From the NCBI GenBank assembly GCA_965203805.1, contig OZ241917.1, positions 2,496,001 to 2,560,000 of the forward strand: a DNA stretch of 64,000 bases, written 5' to 3'. This stretch comes from Candidatus Latescibacterota bacterium (GTDB taxonomy: Bacteria; Latescibacterota; UBA2968; GCA-2709665). A program made the position numbers and the translations under genes. The notes under the pieces were generated by a model. It did no database searches. It was given only the letters and a program-made list of their open reading frames with translations, and was not told the DNA's origin. Shown here piece by piece: positions 39,604-49,728 of this stretch. Positions within the stretch are counted from its first letter, which is position 1. Each line of letters begins with the position of its first letter.

Positions 39604-40881
39604 TCATCCCGCGGGCGGCGTTAGCCGGCCGTAGAAGACCTCGTTGCTGTTCTGCTCGGAAGGCCCCGTCCAGTAGCAGTCCACGAAGGGCGCATGGGTC
39701 CCGCCCGCGCGGGTCGTATTGGTAAAAAAGTGCCACAACCGCGAGGGCATTTCCAGCTGTACCGGCTTGCTGATCCGGTCCCACGAGCCGTCTTCGCCCG
39801 TCGCGTACCAGACCCCCTCCGCGTTGCTTCTGCCCCCGCGGGTCAGGAAATAGTGGAACCGGCCGTCCGGCGCCTGGTAGACCCGACCCCCGTTGAAGTT
39901 GCCCATACAGAAGTGTTCAAACGGCCCGCCCGGATCTCCCACCGCGTGGTAGAGCCGGCTGTTTCCCGGGTCCTGCCCCCGCCCCGCCCAGACGGTGGCG
40001 GCCGGCTGCCGGTTTTCGTAATACGTCAGGTGTACCCGTCCCTTCATATCCATCATCAGGTCCTGGTGATCGGTCGTGCCCCTGGCGCGCCCGTCGAACG
40101 TATCGGACACGTCGCTGATAACGGTCATTCGCCAGTCATCCGGCGCGCCGAACACGTCCGGACAATAGTAATAGTAGGCCTTCAGGACGGGGTAGATGCC
40201 GCGGGGCGTGTCGACCGTGTTCACCTTTCCGGTATCGGGGTCCCTGAGTTTAATCGTCTGGTTGGGAAACTGTTCGCCCGCGAGGAAATAATCGTCGCTG
40301 GAAATCGAGTGCGCCTTGGCGCCGTTGAGGATGACGAAGTTGTACCCGCGGTTCCGTTCATGTTCCACGCTGCCCGAGGCCATCGGGCGGTAGTCGTTTT
40401 CGGGGTCGAGTACATACCACGCCATCGTTGGAAGCCCGCCGGCCACGAAGATCCGGCCGGCGGCGTCGATCGACGCGCCGAAACGGCTGTCGGCCGTCGC
40501 GTATTCCTGTATGGTGAACCTGTCAACCTGCCCGGGCGGGTCGAAGATGGCGTGGTAACTGGCGTTCGCGCCCGCGATCACGTGCAGCCGCCCCGCGCCG
40601 TCCACGAGCAGGTTGCCGTTCTGCGGTACCGGAGGCAAGGGCTCGCTTGCCTCCCACCGCCCGTCGCCGGCGCGCCGGAAGACCACCAGAGTCATATCGT
40701 CCCGCCAGCTCAGCGCGTAGACGTCCTCGCCCGCGCGGACGATATTGGACTGGTTGTATCCCCAGCAACTCGCGCCGCTTCCTCCGGTCTGCAGGTGTCC
40801 CGCCGTGTCCGTAATCATCTCCACGTCGAAACGCGGCGACGCCGGTTGCGCATAGGTCACATCGACCCGTTCCGGTTTCAT
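39604..40881 (-). CDS. Hypothetical protein, probable beta-propeller (BNR-4-like)
   Basis: 425 aa, beta-rich, repeated D-x-x-GR-x-H/I segments. Overlaps the upstream ABC ATPase stop codon. Confidence 0.55.
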   Translation of the reverse strand: MKPERVDVTYAQPASPRFDVEMITDTAGHLQTGGSGASCWGYNQSNIVRAGEDVYALSWRDDMTLVVFRRAGDGRWEASEPLPPVPQNGNLLVDGAGRLHVIAGANASYHAIFDPPGQVDRFTIQEYATADSRFGASIDAAGRIFVAGGLPTMAWYVLDPENDYRPMASGSVEHERNRGYNFVILNGAKAHSISSDDYFLAGEQFPNQTIKLRDPDTGKVNTVDTPRGIYPVLKAYYYYCPDVFGAPDDWRMTVISDVSDTFDGRARGTTDHQDLMMDMKGRVHLTYYENRQPAATVWAGRGQDPGNSRLYHAVGDPGGPFEHFCMGNFNGGRVYQAPDGRFHYFLTRGGRSNAEGVWYATGEDGSWDRISKPVQLEMPSRLWHFFTNTTRAGGTHAPFVDCYWTGPSEQNSNEVFYGRLTPPAG

Positions 40882-41840
40882 CCGATTCCTCCTTCAGTGA
40901 GAAAACACGCGGCCCGATGGCCCGGCCCGACCCGCGTCAGTTGCGGCGTCTCCTGGCTGCACCGGTCCATGCGATAAGGGCACCGCGGATGGAAAGCACA
41001 GCCCGTCGGGGGATCGATGGGGCTCGGTACCTCCCCCTCCAGGATGATCCGCTCCGATTGTGCATCCGGGTCGAGACGCGGCGCCGACGACAGCAGAATC
41101 TGCGTGTACGGATGGCGCGGCCGCCCGTACAGCGCTTCGGTCGGCCCCACCTCCACCAGCTTCCCCAGGTACATGACGCCCACGATATCCGACAGGTGCT
41201 CGACGACTTTCAGATCGTGAGAAATGAACAGGTACGCCAGCCCGAAGCGTTCCTGCAGGGATTCCAGGAGGTTCAGAATCTGCGCCTGGATGGACAGATC
41301 CAGCGAGGAGACCGGCTCGTCGCAGATCACGAATTGCGGTCTCAGCGCCAGCGCGCGGGCGATCGCGACGCGCTGCTGCTGCCCGCCGGAGAACTCGTGC
41401 GGAAACGCGTCGGCGAACCGCCGCCCCACGCCGACCAGGTCCAGCAGCCGGCCCACCTCTTCCTCCCGTTCGCGCTTTGTGCCCACCCTGTGTATCTTCA
41501 GCGCGTCACCCACGATCGCGCCCACGCTCATCATCGGGTTCAGGGACGACAGCGGATCCTGAAAGACAATCTGCATCTTCCGCCGAAGCGCGCGCAGCTC
41601 CCGTCCGGAGAGCGAGCCCACGTCTCGTCCCTCGAAAACCACCCGACCCGCCGTGGGCTCGTACAGCCGGAGGACCGCACGTGCGAGGGTCGATTTGCCG
41701 CTGCCGCTTTCTCCAACCAGGCCGAAGGTCTGGTTCCGGTGGATCTGAAACGTCACGCCGTCCACGGCCTTCACCACGTCCCTGCCCTGGTCGAAATGCA
41801 TCTTCAGGTCCGCAACCCGCAATAGCGGTTCCGGCATCAT
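40878..41840 (-). CDS. oppF: Oligopeptide/dipeptide ABC transporter ATP-binding protein (OppF/DppF-like)
   Basis: GESGSGKS, FSGGQQQR, CDEPVSSLD, HPYT, C-terminal GCAFHPRCP. Confidence 0.9.
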   Translation of the reverse strand: MMPEPLLRVADLKMHFDQGRDVVKAVDGVTFQIHRNQTFGLVGESGSGKSTLARAVLRLYEPTAGRVVFEGRDVGSLSGRELRALRRKMQIVFQDPLSSLNPMMSVGAIVGDALKIHRVGTKREREEEVGRLLDLVGVGRRFADAFPHEFSGGQQQRVAIARALALRPQFVICDEPVSSLDLSIQAQILNLLESLQERFGLAYLFISHDLKVVEHLSDIVGVMYLGKLVEVGPTEALYGRPRHPYTQILLSSAPRLDPDAQSERIILEGEVPSPIDPPTGCAFHPRCPYRMDRCSQETPQLTRVGPGHRAACFLTEGGIG

Positions 41841-42113
41841 CCCGCCTCCGGATGCGTCGTCGTTCGGTTTTCTGGATCGCGAAAAGGGTTTGAAACCCAA
41901 GAACATGCAACATATATTGGATCGGCAATGTCGCATTCGTCCCGGCATTCCCGCCATTCGCAGACCGGCGAACCTGTGCGAAACCGCCGTCCCGTCGAAA
42001 AGTAGGCCAGGGTAACCCCGGATGCAAGCACAATCAGGGCATGCGAATCGTGGGGCGGCCCGGAGAGATGCGTCTGCGTACAAACAGTAGATCGATACTG
42101 AAAGGATCGTCCT

Positions 42114-44441
42114 ATGGCTGTAGATATCACGCTGGCGAATGAAATCCGGGTGCCGCGCCGCGGAGAATGGCTCTGCAGGGGACTTCCGTTCCCGGAGGGA
42201 TCTCTGACGGATTCCGCGAGGCTGACATTGAAGGACGAGACCGGCCGCGTCCTGCCGCTGGGATCGGAGGTCCTGGCCCGCTGGCCGGATGGGTCTTCGA
42301 AGTGGGTGCTGCTTCAATTCCCCGTGGACTTCGACCGCAACGGGAGGAAAGACTACTCGGTGACGTGGGCCGATGGCGCGCCGGAGACCGACGCGGGTCC
42401 GCGAATCGCATACTCGAAGACAGAGGCGGGAATCGAGATCGACAACGGCGTTCTGCGATTTGTCCTTCCTGCTTCCGGACAGGCGTTCCTGGTCGATTGC
42501 AGCAGGAGAGACAGGGCGTGTATCCGGACGGTCAGCGCGGAGATCGAAGACGAAGCGGGCGACGTTTTCACGAGCCGGCTCGAGGGGGAACCCCGCATTG
42601 AGAGATCCACCGGAAAAATGCTGGTGGTGAGCAGGCAGGGCACGCACCGGGACGAGGCCGGCCGCAAGCTGTTTTCACTCGTTTTCCGGGTAACGGTATT
42701 CGCCGGCGCCGAGGACCTGGAGGTGGAGTACCAGTTCATCCACGATGAGCCCTACCGGGATGTTCCGGAACGGCGGAAACTGGCCCAGGGTATCGGGACC
42801 CCGAGCGTGGACCTGGAGAGTCCCCGTCTGCGGCAGCTGCGGGCGGTGCGGCTTGTAGTGGAACACGCCATCGACGGCGCCGGCGAATTCGCAACCTGTC
42901 CCATTGCCACGGTCGGGATCCAGGGCCTGGTCACGTCGGATCGGCCGATTCGAGGCCTGTTGACCGACGCCCCGCGCACGGCCATGTACGACGCCATGAT
43001 CGACGCCGACGTGGACGACGGCGAGACAGCGGTCGGCCGCTCCCACGGATGGGTCTCCGCGGGGGACAGCGAAAGAGGGGTCGCGGCCTCGGTCCGGAAG
43101 TTCGTCCAGCAGTGGCCCAAGGGCTTCTCCGCAGACGCCGGCAGGATCGTTCTGGACCTCTGGCCGGAGGCGGCGGGACCGCTTGCGATTTTCCAGGGAC
43201 AGGCCAAGTCGCACCAGGTCAAGCTGCGGGCCTATGGCGGCAGTGCGGCCGAGGCGCGTCTTCCGGACTGGCATTTCGCGTATCAGTTTCCCGTCGTTTT
43301 CTCTTCTCCGGACTGGTTTATCGACTCCGGAGCGATCGGGCCCGTGTTCCGCTATCAGCCGGAGAAATACAAGGGCATCGAGCAGAAGTTCCGCCTGGAA
43401 TTCGAGCAGTTCCTGGGATACGACCGGCGCCTGGGGATGATGGACTACGGAGACTACGAGCAGCTGATGAGCGCCTCCTGGGGACGCGTGGATTTCATGG
43501 CCAACTGCGAGCACGACTTCGGCCAGACCGTGTACCTCCAGCTTGTACGCACCGGCAATTATCTCTATCTCGACGCCTTCGAATCCGCGATCCGGCACGT
43601 GATGGACCTGGACATCATCCACTTCGACGATCATTTCGACGAGCAGGGCGGATGGACTTCCCATGGCGCCTTTCACGTCGGGGCCGACGGGAAACCCAAC
43701 TGCCACCTCTCCCACATGTGGGCGGAGGGATTTCTATCCTATTATTATTATTCCGGATACGCGCCGGCGCTGGAAGCCGCGCGCGGCGTGGCGGATCTGA
43801 TCTGCAGGAAGGTGGCGGCGGGCGGCGGGCGGCGCGGCGCGCGGGACCGGGGCTGGCCGCTGATCGCACTGTGCAGCGTGTACCGGGCAACAGGAGAAGA
43901 GCGGTACGCCGAGGCCGCGGAGACGATTGCGGCTTCTTTCGCCGAGGGACCGGACCCGCTGGAACCCAACGGCGGCTGCAGCGGCGGCTGGGGCCCCATC
44001 CCCTACCAGCAGGCCGTGATGGGGAGCATCGCCGCTACCGGGCTGGCATACCACTACCAGACCTTCGGGAATCCTCTCAGCAGAGACTCGTTCCTGAGGG
44101 TATGCGACTTTCTGGCAAGCGAGGACGTCCGCACGCCGGAGGGGCTCTATCTGTCCATGCCCGGTAACGAGACGCCGATGAGCTATATCGGTTTCTCAGC
44201 CCTGCGGGAAAGTATCGGCTACGGGTGGGAAATCACGGGCGACGAGAAATACGTGTACGCCGGCCTGCGGGACATCGAAATGAATATGATTTCGACGTTT
44301 CCGTCCGTCGGTCATCTGGAAAAGACGAGATTCGGGTGCGAGGTCGTCCGCGCGACAGGCGACTCCATCAGCGTCATCTGGCGCGATCTGCTCCGATTCT
44401 TCGACTACGCGGACCGGGCGGGGCTGCTCAAGGACTTTTAA
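42114..44441 (+). CDS. PcRGLX/YetA-like protein (RIFT barrel plus helical domain; exo-rhamnogalacturonan lyase-like)
   Basis: GLPFPEG...ARWPDGSSKW N-terminus; GMMDYGD, NCEHD, HMWAEG, RDRGWPL in a helical C-terminal region. Confidence 0.65.
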   Translation: MAVDITLANEIRVPRRGEWLCRGLPFPEGSLTDSARLTLKDETGRVLPLGSEVLARWPDGSSKWVLLQFPVDFDRNGRKDYSVTWADGAPETDAGPRIAYSKTEAGIEIDNGVLRFVLPASGQAFLVDCSRRDRACIRTVSAEIEDEAGDVFTSRLEGEPRIERSTGKMLVVSRQGTHRDEAGRKLFSLVFRVTVFAGAEDLEVEYQFIHDEPYRDVPERRKLAQGIGTPSVDLESPRLRQLRAVRLVVEHAIDGAGEFATCPIATVGIQGLVTSDRPIRGLLTDAPRTAMYDAMIDADVDDGETAVGRSHGWVSAGDSERGVAASVRKFVQQWPKGFSADAGRIVLDLWPEAAGPLAIFQGQAKSHQVKLRAYGGSAAEARLPDWHFAYQFPVVFSSPDWFIDSGAIGPVFRYQPEKYKGIEQKFRLEFEQFLGYDRRLGMMDYGDYEQLMSASWGRVDFMANCEHDFGQTVYLQLVRTGNYLYLDAFESAIRHVMDLDIIHFDDHFDEQGGWTSHGAFHVGADGKPNCHLSHMWAEGFLSYYYYSGYAPALEAARGVADLICRKVAAGGGRRGARDRGWPLIALCSVYRATGEERYAEAAETIAASFAEGPDPLEPNGGCSGGWGPIPYQQAVMGSIAATGLAYHYQTFGNPLSRDSFLRVCDFLASEDVRTPEGLYLSMPGNETPMSYIGFSALRESIGYGWEITGDEKYVYAGLRDIEMNMISTFPSVGHLEKTRFGCEVVRATGDSISVIWRDLLRFFDYADRAGLLKDF

Positions 44442-44610
44442 AACAGTTGTCATACCCGTTGGGGCGACCATAAAGATGAAAATCGTTGCATTACCAGGCT
44501 GACGTGCAACATTGTGGTTCTGCGCCTCTTGTGGCAATTGATCTCAGTCATGGATTTTTCGTTTTTTTCGCGTGTTTCGTAGTTTCTGGTGTTATTTTCC
44601 AAGTAACTTT

Positions 44611-45567
44611 TTAAGCATCGTGGTGCCAGCAGAAGACGGAATGGTCGTCCGATAGTCGGGTCCTCTCGGGGTCCTCTTCCCGGCACAGGTCCGTGGCGCG
44701 GGGACAGCGGGGATGGAAGCGGCATCCCGTCGGCGGCCGCGTCATGTCGGGGGGTTGCCCGGGGATGGTATCCAGGCGCCCTCGGACCATCTTCGCGTTT
44801 TCCAGCAACCCGATGGAGTACGGGTGCCTAGGGGAACTCAGGAATACGCGGGTGGGCGCAATTTCGGCCACTCTTCCGGCGTACATCACGACGATCCTGT
44901 CGCTGAATTCCACGGCGAGCCCGAAATCGTGGGTGATCAGCACGGTCGACATCCCGTGCGCGGCCTTCATCCGGTTCATCAGGTCCATGATCTGCGCCTG
45001 TGTGGTGACGTCCAGCGCCGTCGTGGGTTCGTCCGCAATCATCAGCTTCGGCTCGCAGCTCAAGGCCATCGCGATCATCACGCGCTGTTTCATCCCTCCC
45101 GAGAGTTCGAACGGGTAGTTCCGGTAGCGCAGCGCCGGCGCGGGAATGCCCACCTCTTCCAGCAGCGAGACCGCCCGTTCGAAGGATTGCTTCCTGTCGG
45201 CGCGCCCGTGCCACAGAAGGGGTTCGGCGATCTGCGGCCCGCTGCGCATCGTGGGGTTGAGCGACGTCTGGGGATTCTGAAAGATGAATCCCACGTCGTT
45301 GCCGCGGATCTCCTGAAGGTCCCGTTCATCCAGTTCCAGCAGGTTGCGTCCGTCGAAGACCACCTTACCGGCCTCGATCTTCCCCCGCCCTCCAATCAGC
45401 CTGACGACGGACAGCATACTCACGCTCTTGCCGCTGCCGCTTTCCCCGACGATGCCCACGCTCTCCCGTTCGCGAACGACGTATGAGATCCCGTCCACCG
45501 CCCGCACCACGCCGTCGCGGCGATAGAAGTAGGTCTTCAGGTTTCGGATATCGAGCAGCGTGGACAC
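44611..45567 (-). CDS. oppD: Oligopeptide/dipeptide ABC transporter ATP-binding protein (OppD/DppD-like)
   Basis: GESGSGKSV, LSGGMKQRVMIA, ADEPTTALDV, GCRFHPRC. Confidence 0.92.
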   Translation of the reverse strand: MSTLLDIRNLKTYFYRRDGVVRAVDGISYVVRERESVGIVGESGSGKSVSMLSVVRLIGGRGKIEAGKVVFDGRNLLELDERDLQEIRGNDVGFIFQNPQTSLNPTMRSGPQIAEPLLWHGRADRKQSFERAVSLLEEVGIPAPALRYRNYPFELSGGMKQRVMIAMALSCEPKLMIADEPTTALDVTTQAQIMDLMNRMKAAHGMSTVLITHDFGLAVEFSDRIVVMYAGRVAEIAPTRVFLSSPRHPYSIGLLENAKMVRGRLDTIPGQPPDMTRPPTGCRFHPRCPRATDLCREEDPERTRLSDDHSVFCWHHDA

Positions 45568-45792
45568 GGTCGCGCCTCGCAGAATCCAACTCAGGACTTA
45601 TCCTTAATTCGACAAAAACTGCAATGGGTCGCTGCGACGAAACCCTCCGAAACGGGCCGAAAAGGTCATCCAAATTGACCTTTTTTCAGTTCACGTCCAG
45701 TGACCTGATGTATCCTGGAAATCAGAAGTTTAATCGCCTTTGTTCACCTGCACATATTCGAATTAACGTCACCGAAGAATGACGAATCAAGA

Positions 45793-46692
45793 TTACTCTT
45801 TGGGGTTGAATGCGTCGTTCAGCCCGTCGCCCAGATACGTGAAAGCCAGAAGCGCGAGCGCAAACATGGCGGCCGGCCAGGTAAGCTGGTAGGGGAAAGC
45901 CCTGAAATTCAGGCTTCCCACCTGGATCAGGACGCCCCAGCTCGGCCGGGGGGGCATCACCCCAAGACCGAGCAGACTCAGCGCCGACTCGGTCATCATC
46001 AGGGTGGGGACCATGAACGCGATGGCGACGATCAGCGGGCCGAAGGAATTCGGAAGAATGTAACGCCGGATCGCGTATCGATGCGTCGCCCCGAGCGCCC
46101 GCGCCGACTCCACGTATTCCAGGTTCTTGATCGACAGAACCTGGGCGCGCATCAGCCGGGCGAACCCCACCCATCCGGTGGCCGCGATGGCGATGAAAAT
46201 GGTGACGATGCCCCTGCCGAGGACCGACACCAGGATGATGCTGAACAGAAACCCGGGAAACGCGTACATCACGTCCGTAAACCGCATCAGCACGTTGTCC
46301 ACGACGCCGCCGGCGTACCCCGCGACCGCGCCGATCAGGCCGCCGATCGCCACCGAAATCACCGCGGCGCCGAATGCAACGGCCAGGGCCGTCTGAAGGC
46401 TGAAGATCAGGCGGCTGAAGATATCCCGCCCCACCTCGTCGGTCCCGGCGATGTGCCGCCAGGACGGGGACTGGTACGCGTTGTCCAGGTCGATCTGGTT
46501 ATACCCGTACGGCGCAATGAAATCCGCCAGGGCCGCGACCAGTATCATCACGATCACAAAGCCCAGGCTCAGCACGGCCAGACGGTTCGAGGAGAATCGC
46601 TGCCAGACGGCGCCCCAATACGAAATCCGCGGTGGAGGCGACGGCTCATCCGCATCGGACGGCGGACGTCCGGACCGATTCGGCACAGCCAC
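45793..46692 (-). CDS. oppC: Oligopeptide ABC transporter permease (OppC/DppC-like)
   Basis: GTDEVGRDIFSR, EYVESARALGA EAA loop, GDGLNDAFNP. Confidence 0.92.
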   Translation of the reverse strand: MAVPNRSGRPPSDADEPSPPPRISYWGAVWQRFSSNRLAVLSLGFVIVMILVAALADFIAPYGYNQIDLDNAYQSPSWRHIAGTDEVGRDIFSRLIFSLQTALAVAFGAAVISVAIGGLIGAVAGYAGGVVDNVLMRFTDVMYAFPGFLFSIILVSVLGRGIVTIFIAIAATGWVGFARLMRAQVLSIKNLEYVESARALGATHRYAIRRYILPNSFGPLIVAIAFMVPTLMMTESALSLLGLGVMPPRPSWGVLIQVGSLNFRAFPYQLTWPAAMFALALLAFTYLGDGLNDAFNPKE

Positions 46693-46695
46693 GCG

Positions 46696-47673
46696 TTATC
46701 CCCCTTTTCCTCTATAGCTTGCCCGTATGCGCGGATCGATCAGCGCGTACCCGATATCCACCATCAGGTTCATCAGCATGATCAGGAATCCGAAAAACAG
46801 GGTCGACGTGATAATCATCGGATAGTCCCGGGTCCCGGCGGCGGCTACGAACAGCTTGCCCAGGCCGGGGATATTGAAGATTTCCTCGATGAAGGCGGTG
46901 CTCACCATCAGATTGGCGAACTGCGGGCCGGTAATCGTCAGGAGCGGGATCAGCGAATTCCGCAGCGCGTGGCGAAAGACCGCCTTGTTGCGGTTTCCGC
47001 CCTTCGAGAAGACGGTACGCACGTAGTCTTCGCCCATTTCCTTGATCAGGCTCACCCTGACGTACCGGGCGATGCCTGCGACGGGCTGGAAGACCATCGC
47101 CATGACCGGAAGCACGGCGTACTCCCACGTCCCCCACCCGGACGTCGGAAACAACTGAAGCGTTACGGCGAAGAAGACGATCACCAGCAGGGCGATGACG
47201 TAAGACGGGATGCAGATGCCCAGCATGGAAACGAACATGGTCACGCGGTCGATCCAGGAATTCCGGAACAGCGCCGCCCCGATGCCCATGGGGATGCCGA
47301 TCAGGAGGGCCAGAAGCATCGGCGAGAAGGCCAGGACGAACGTCCGCGGGAAGGCCCGCGTCATCATCTCCTGGATGGTCGTATCCGGATAGCGGAACGA
47401 CGGTCCGAAGTCCAGGACGGCCGCGTGGCGCAGATAAATCAGGATCTGCTTCCAGACGGGCGTGTTTTCGCCGTAGCGCTCCTCCCAGAGCATGAGCGTC
47501 TGGCTCTTTTCCTCGAACTGACTCAGCCGGCTGCCCGTCACCTGCTGATTCATCAGCCGTTCGATGTTGAAGAAATCACCGGGAGCGGCGTGCATCAGGT
47601 AGAACGTGATGACCAGGATCGCGACCAGGCTCACGAAAATCTGACCCACGCGGCGGAAGAAGAACATCGCCAT
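46696..47673 (-). CDS. oppB: Oligopeptide ABC transporter permease (OppB/DppB-like)
   Basis: DFGPSF, DYVRT..SKG, HALRNSLIP, PGLG, DPRI. Confidence 0.92.
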   Translation of the reverse strand: MAMFFFRRVGQIFVSLVAILVITFYLMHAAPGDFFNIERLMNQQVTGSRLSQFEEKSQTLMLWEERYGENTPVWKQILIYLRHAAVLDFGPSFRYPDTTIQEMMTRAFPRTFVLAFSPMLLALLIGIPMGIGAALFRNSWIDRVTMFVSMLGICIPSYVIALLVIVFFAVTLQLFPTSGWGTWEYAVLPVMAMVFQPVAGIARYVRVSLIKEMGEDYVRTVFSKGGNRNKAVFRHALRNSLIPLLTITGPQFANLMVSTAFIEEIFNIPGLGKLFVAAAGTRDYPMIITSTLFFGFLIMLMNLMVDIGYALIDPRIRASYRGKGG

Positions 47674-47745
47674 TACGACGCTCCGTATCGGGACCGCACC
47701 GGATGACACCTGCTGTTTCCGGCGCCGATCGCAACACGCGGGGGC

Positions 47746-49728
47746 TTAGTCGGCGACCGTACGCCGTGCCGCCGTCGCCCCGTTGTCATCGATATTGATC
47801 CACTTCAGATACATGGGATTCGCCCACCAGTAGGCGCAGAACCTCAGCCCCTTCACGTAGGGCCTGACCAGTGCGGTGGCAATGGCGACGTGGAGCGGGA
47901 AATCCCAGGAGAAAGCCTGCACCAGGCGGTGCACGTCGCGGTTGATCCCGGCCTGGCGGGACGGTTCGCGCGCGTGGTGCGCTTCCTGGCGCATCTCCTC
48001 CAGGCGCCAGCGAAGGTCGCTGGTGTTCGCCCACTGGAAATAGTATTGCCTGGCCTGAAGGAGCGTGACGTTGAGCGCCTTCCAGCACCATTCCAGGTCC
48101 GCATCCGGCTCGCCGGCCGTCCTCAGGATCTCGTCCGCGGTCTGCCGCCAGCCGCTCATCGCCTCTTCCGCCTGCCGGCGCAGGTGCGGACCGTGCCTGC
48201 CGTTCGCAAAAAGCGCCATTACCGAGTCCGCGTACGTCCCGATTCGCCGGTGGACGGGCTTGAAATCGGAGAGATCCTCCCCCCCTTCGAGGTCGATCAT
48301 CCCCGATCGGACCTGCAGAATCCGGCGCTGTCCCTCCCACCAGGCGCCGTAGACCCCGGGATCTTCCGTCCACTGGACGTTTTCGATCCATTGCGTGCCG
48401 TAGATGGGATTCGGCCACGGCGCTCCCGATGCCGCAAAGCACATCCCCGTATACCCGGAAGGATTCAGGGAAACCCGTTTGTCGGCGTACACGCCCAGTT
48501 CCTGATTGTCGATCCGAAACCGGATGCCCAGGTTTTCTTCCAGCATCGCGGCGATCACCACGAATTGCGAGACCATCTCGGGCGCCAGGTACGACGGGAT
48601 CAGAATCACGGATTCGGGAATGCCCTCGCCGCCGGGGTATCCCGCCTCCGACAGCAGGCGCCGGGCTTCCTTCAGGTCGAATCTCATCCCCAGGTTGGGA
48701 TCCCAATCCGGCATCGCCGGCGTGGAGAGCATATGCATCGGCGTCTCCCGTCCGAGAAAGATCGACTCCACGATCCGGCGCTTGTCGAATCCCAGCGCAA
48801 TCGCCCGGCGCACCCGCGCGTCCCAGTAAACCGGATGCTCCGAGAACAGGAATCTTACATAGGAAAGTCCGCTCGTGGGCGTCAGGACCAGTTCATCGCG
48901 CAGATCGGGATGCTGTCTGGCGTAGTAGATATCGGCGATGGACGCCAGCAATGCGAAGTCGATCTCTCCGCTCTGGTACCCTTCCAGCGGTCTGCCCGCG
49001 AAACGGCTGTGAATCCGCTCCAGGTTGCCACGCGGCAGGTTGTACCGCGGATTCGCCTCCAGAATGATATGAGAATTGAGTTCCCATTCCACGATCCTGT
49101 ACGGCCCGTTCCCCTGGTAGTTGGGGAGTTTGTGCCACGCGTCGCCGTACTTTTCGAGCGATCCCCGGTGAATCGGGAACATGCTCCCCGTGACCATGGC
49201 GTTCAGGAACGCGGGATACGGCCTCGCCAGGCGAAAGCGCAGCGTGAAGTCGTCGAGCACGTCCACGCCCACCTCGTCCTCGCGGGCCGCGCCGTTCCTG
49301 AAATCCATGGCCTTGACGACGTACTGCAGCGGCGTGTCCCAGAGCCATTTGCTCTCCCGCCCGGGTTCCATCTGATAGATGAAGGCGGCCCTGTAGTCCC
49401 GCGCGGTTACCGTTGTGCCGTCGTACCATCGGTTGTCCCGCCGGAGAAAGAAGGTATACGACAGTCGGTCTTCGGAGACCTCCCAGCGCTCGGCCTGGGC
49501 GGGAATCAGCCCTTTCTCCGGGCCCAGCTGAACCAGCCCCTCCTTCGTGCCCAGGGTGATCTGCGCGTACATCCCCCCGGTATACAGATAGCTGTTCAAT
49601 GTGCTCACCGGCGGCCCGATGTACCGGATCTCTTTGGAACGGCCGGCATGCGCCGGCGTACTGAAAAGCGCGGCGGAAAGCATCCCGCACAGAACGCCCG
49701 TTCGCCACGGCATGCTCCCGAGCGTCAT
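47746..49728 (-). CDS. oppA: Peptide ABC transporter substrate-binding protein (family 5, OppA-like)
   Basis: PAQAERWEVSED..YTFFLR..WYDGTTVTARD, GNGPYRI, VRRAIA. ATG overlaps the upstream stop. Confidence 0.85.
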   Translation of the reverse strand: MTLGSMPWRTGVLCGMLSAALFSTPAHAGRSKEIRYIGPPVSTLNSYLYTGGMYAQITLGTKEGLVQLGPEKGLIPAQAERWEVSEDRLSYTFFLRRDNRWYDGTTVTARDYRAAFIYQMEPGRESKWLWDTPLQYVVKAMDFRNGAAREDEVGVDVLDDFTLRFRLARPYPAFLNAMVTGSMFPIHRGSLEKYGDAWHKLPNYQGNGPYRIVEWELNSHIILEANPRYNLPRGNLERIHSRFAGRPLEGYQSGEIDFALLASIADIYYARQHPDLRDELVLTPTSGLSYVRFLFSEHPVYWDARVRRAIALGFDKRRIVESIFLGRETPMHMLSTPAMPDWDPNLGMRFDLKEARRLLSEAGYPGGEGIPESVILIPSYLAPEMVSQFVVIAAMLEENLGIRFRIDNQELGVYADKRVSLNPSGYTGMCFAASGAPWPNPIYGTQWIENVQWTEDPGVYGAWWEGQRRILQVRSGMIDLEGGEDLSDFKPVHRRIGTYADSVMALFANGRHGPHLRRQAEEAMSGWRQTADEILRTAGEPDADLEWCWKALNVTLLQARQYYFQWANTSDLRWRLEEMRQEAHHAREPSRQAGINRDVHRLVQAFSWDFPLHVAIATALVRPYVKGLRFCAYWWANPMYLKWINIDDNGATAARRTVAD

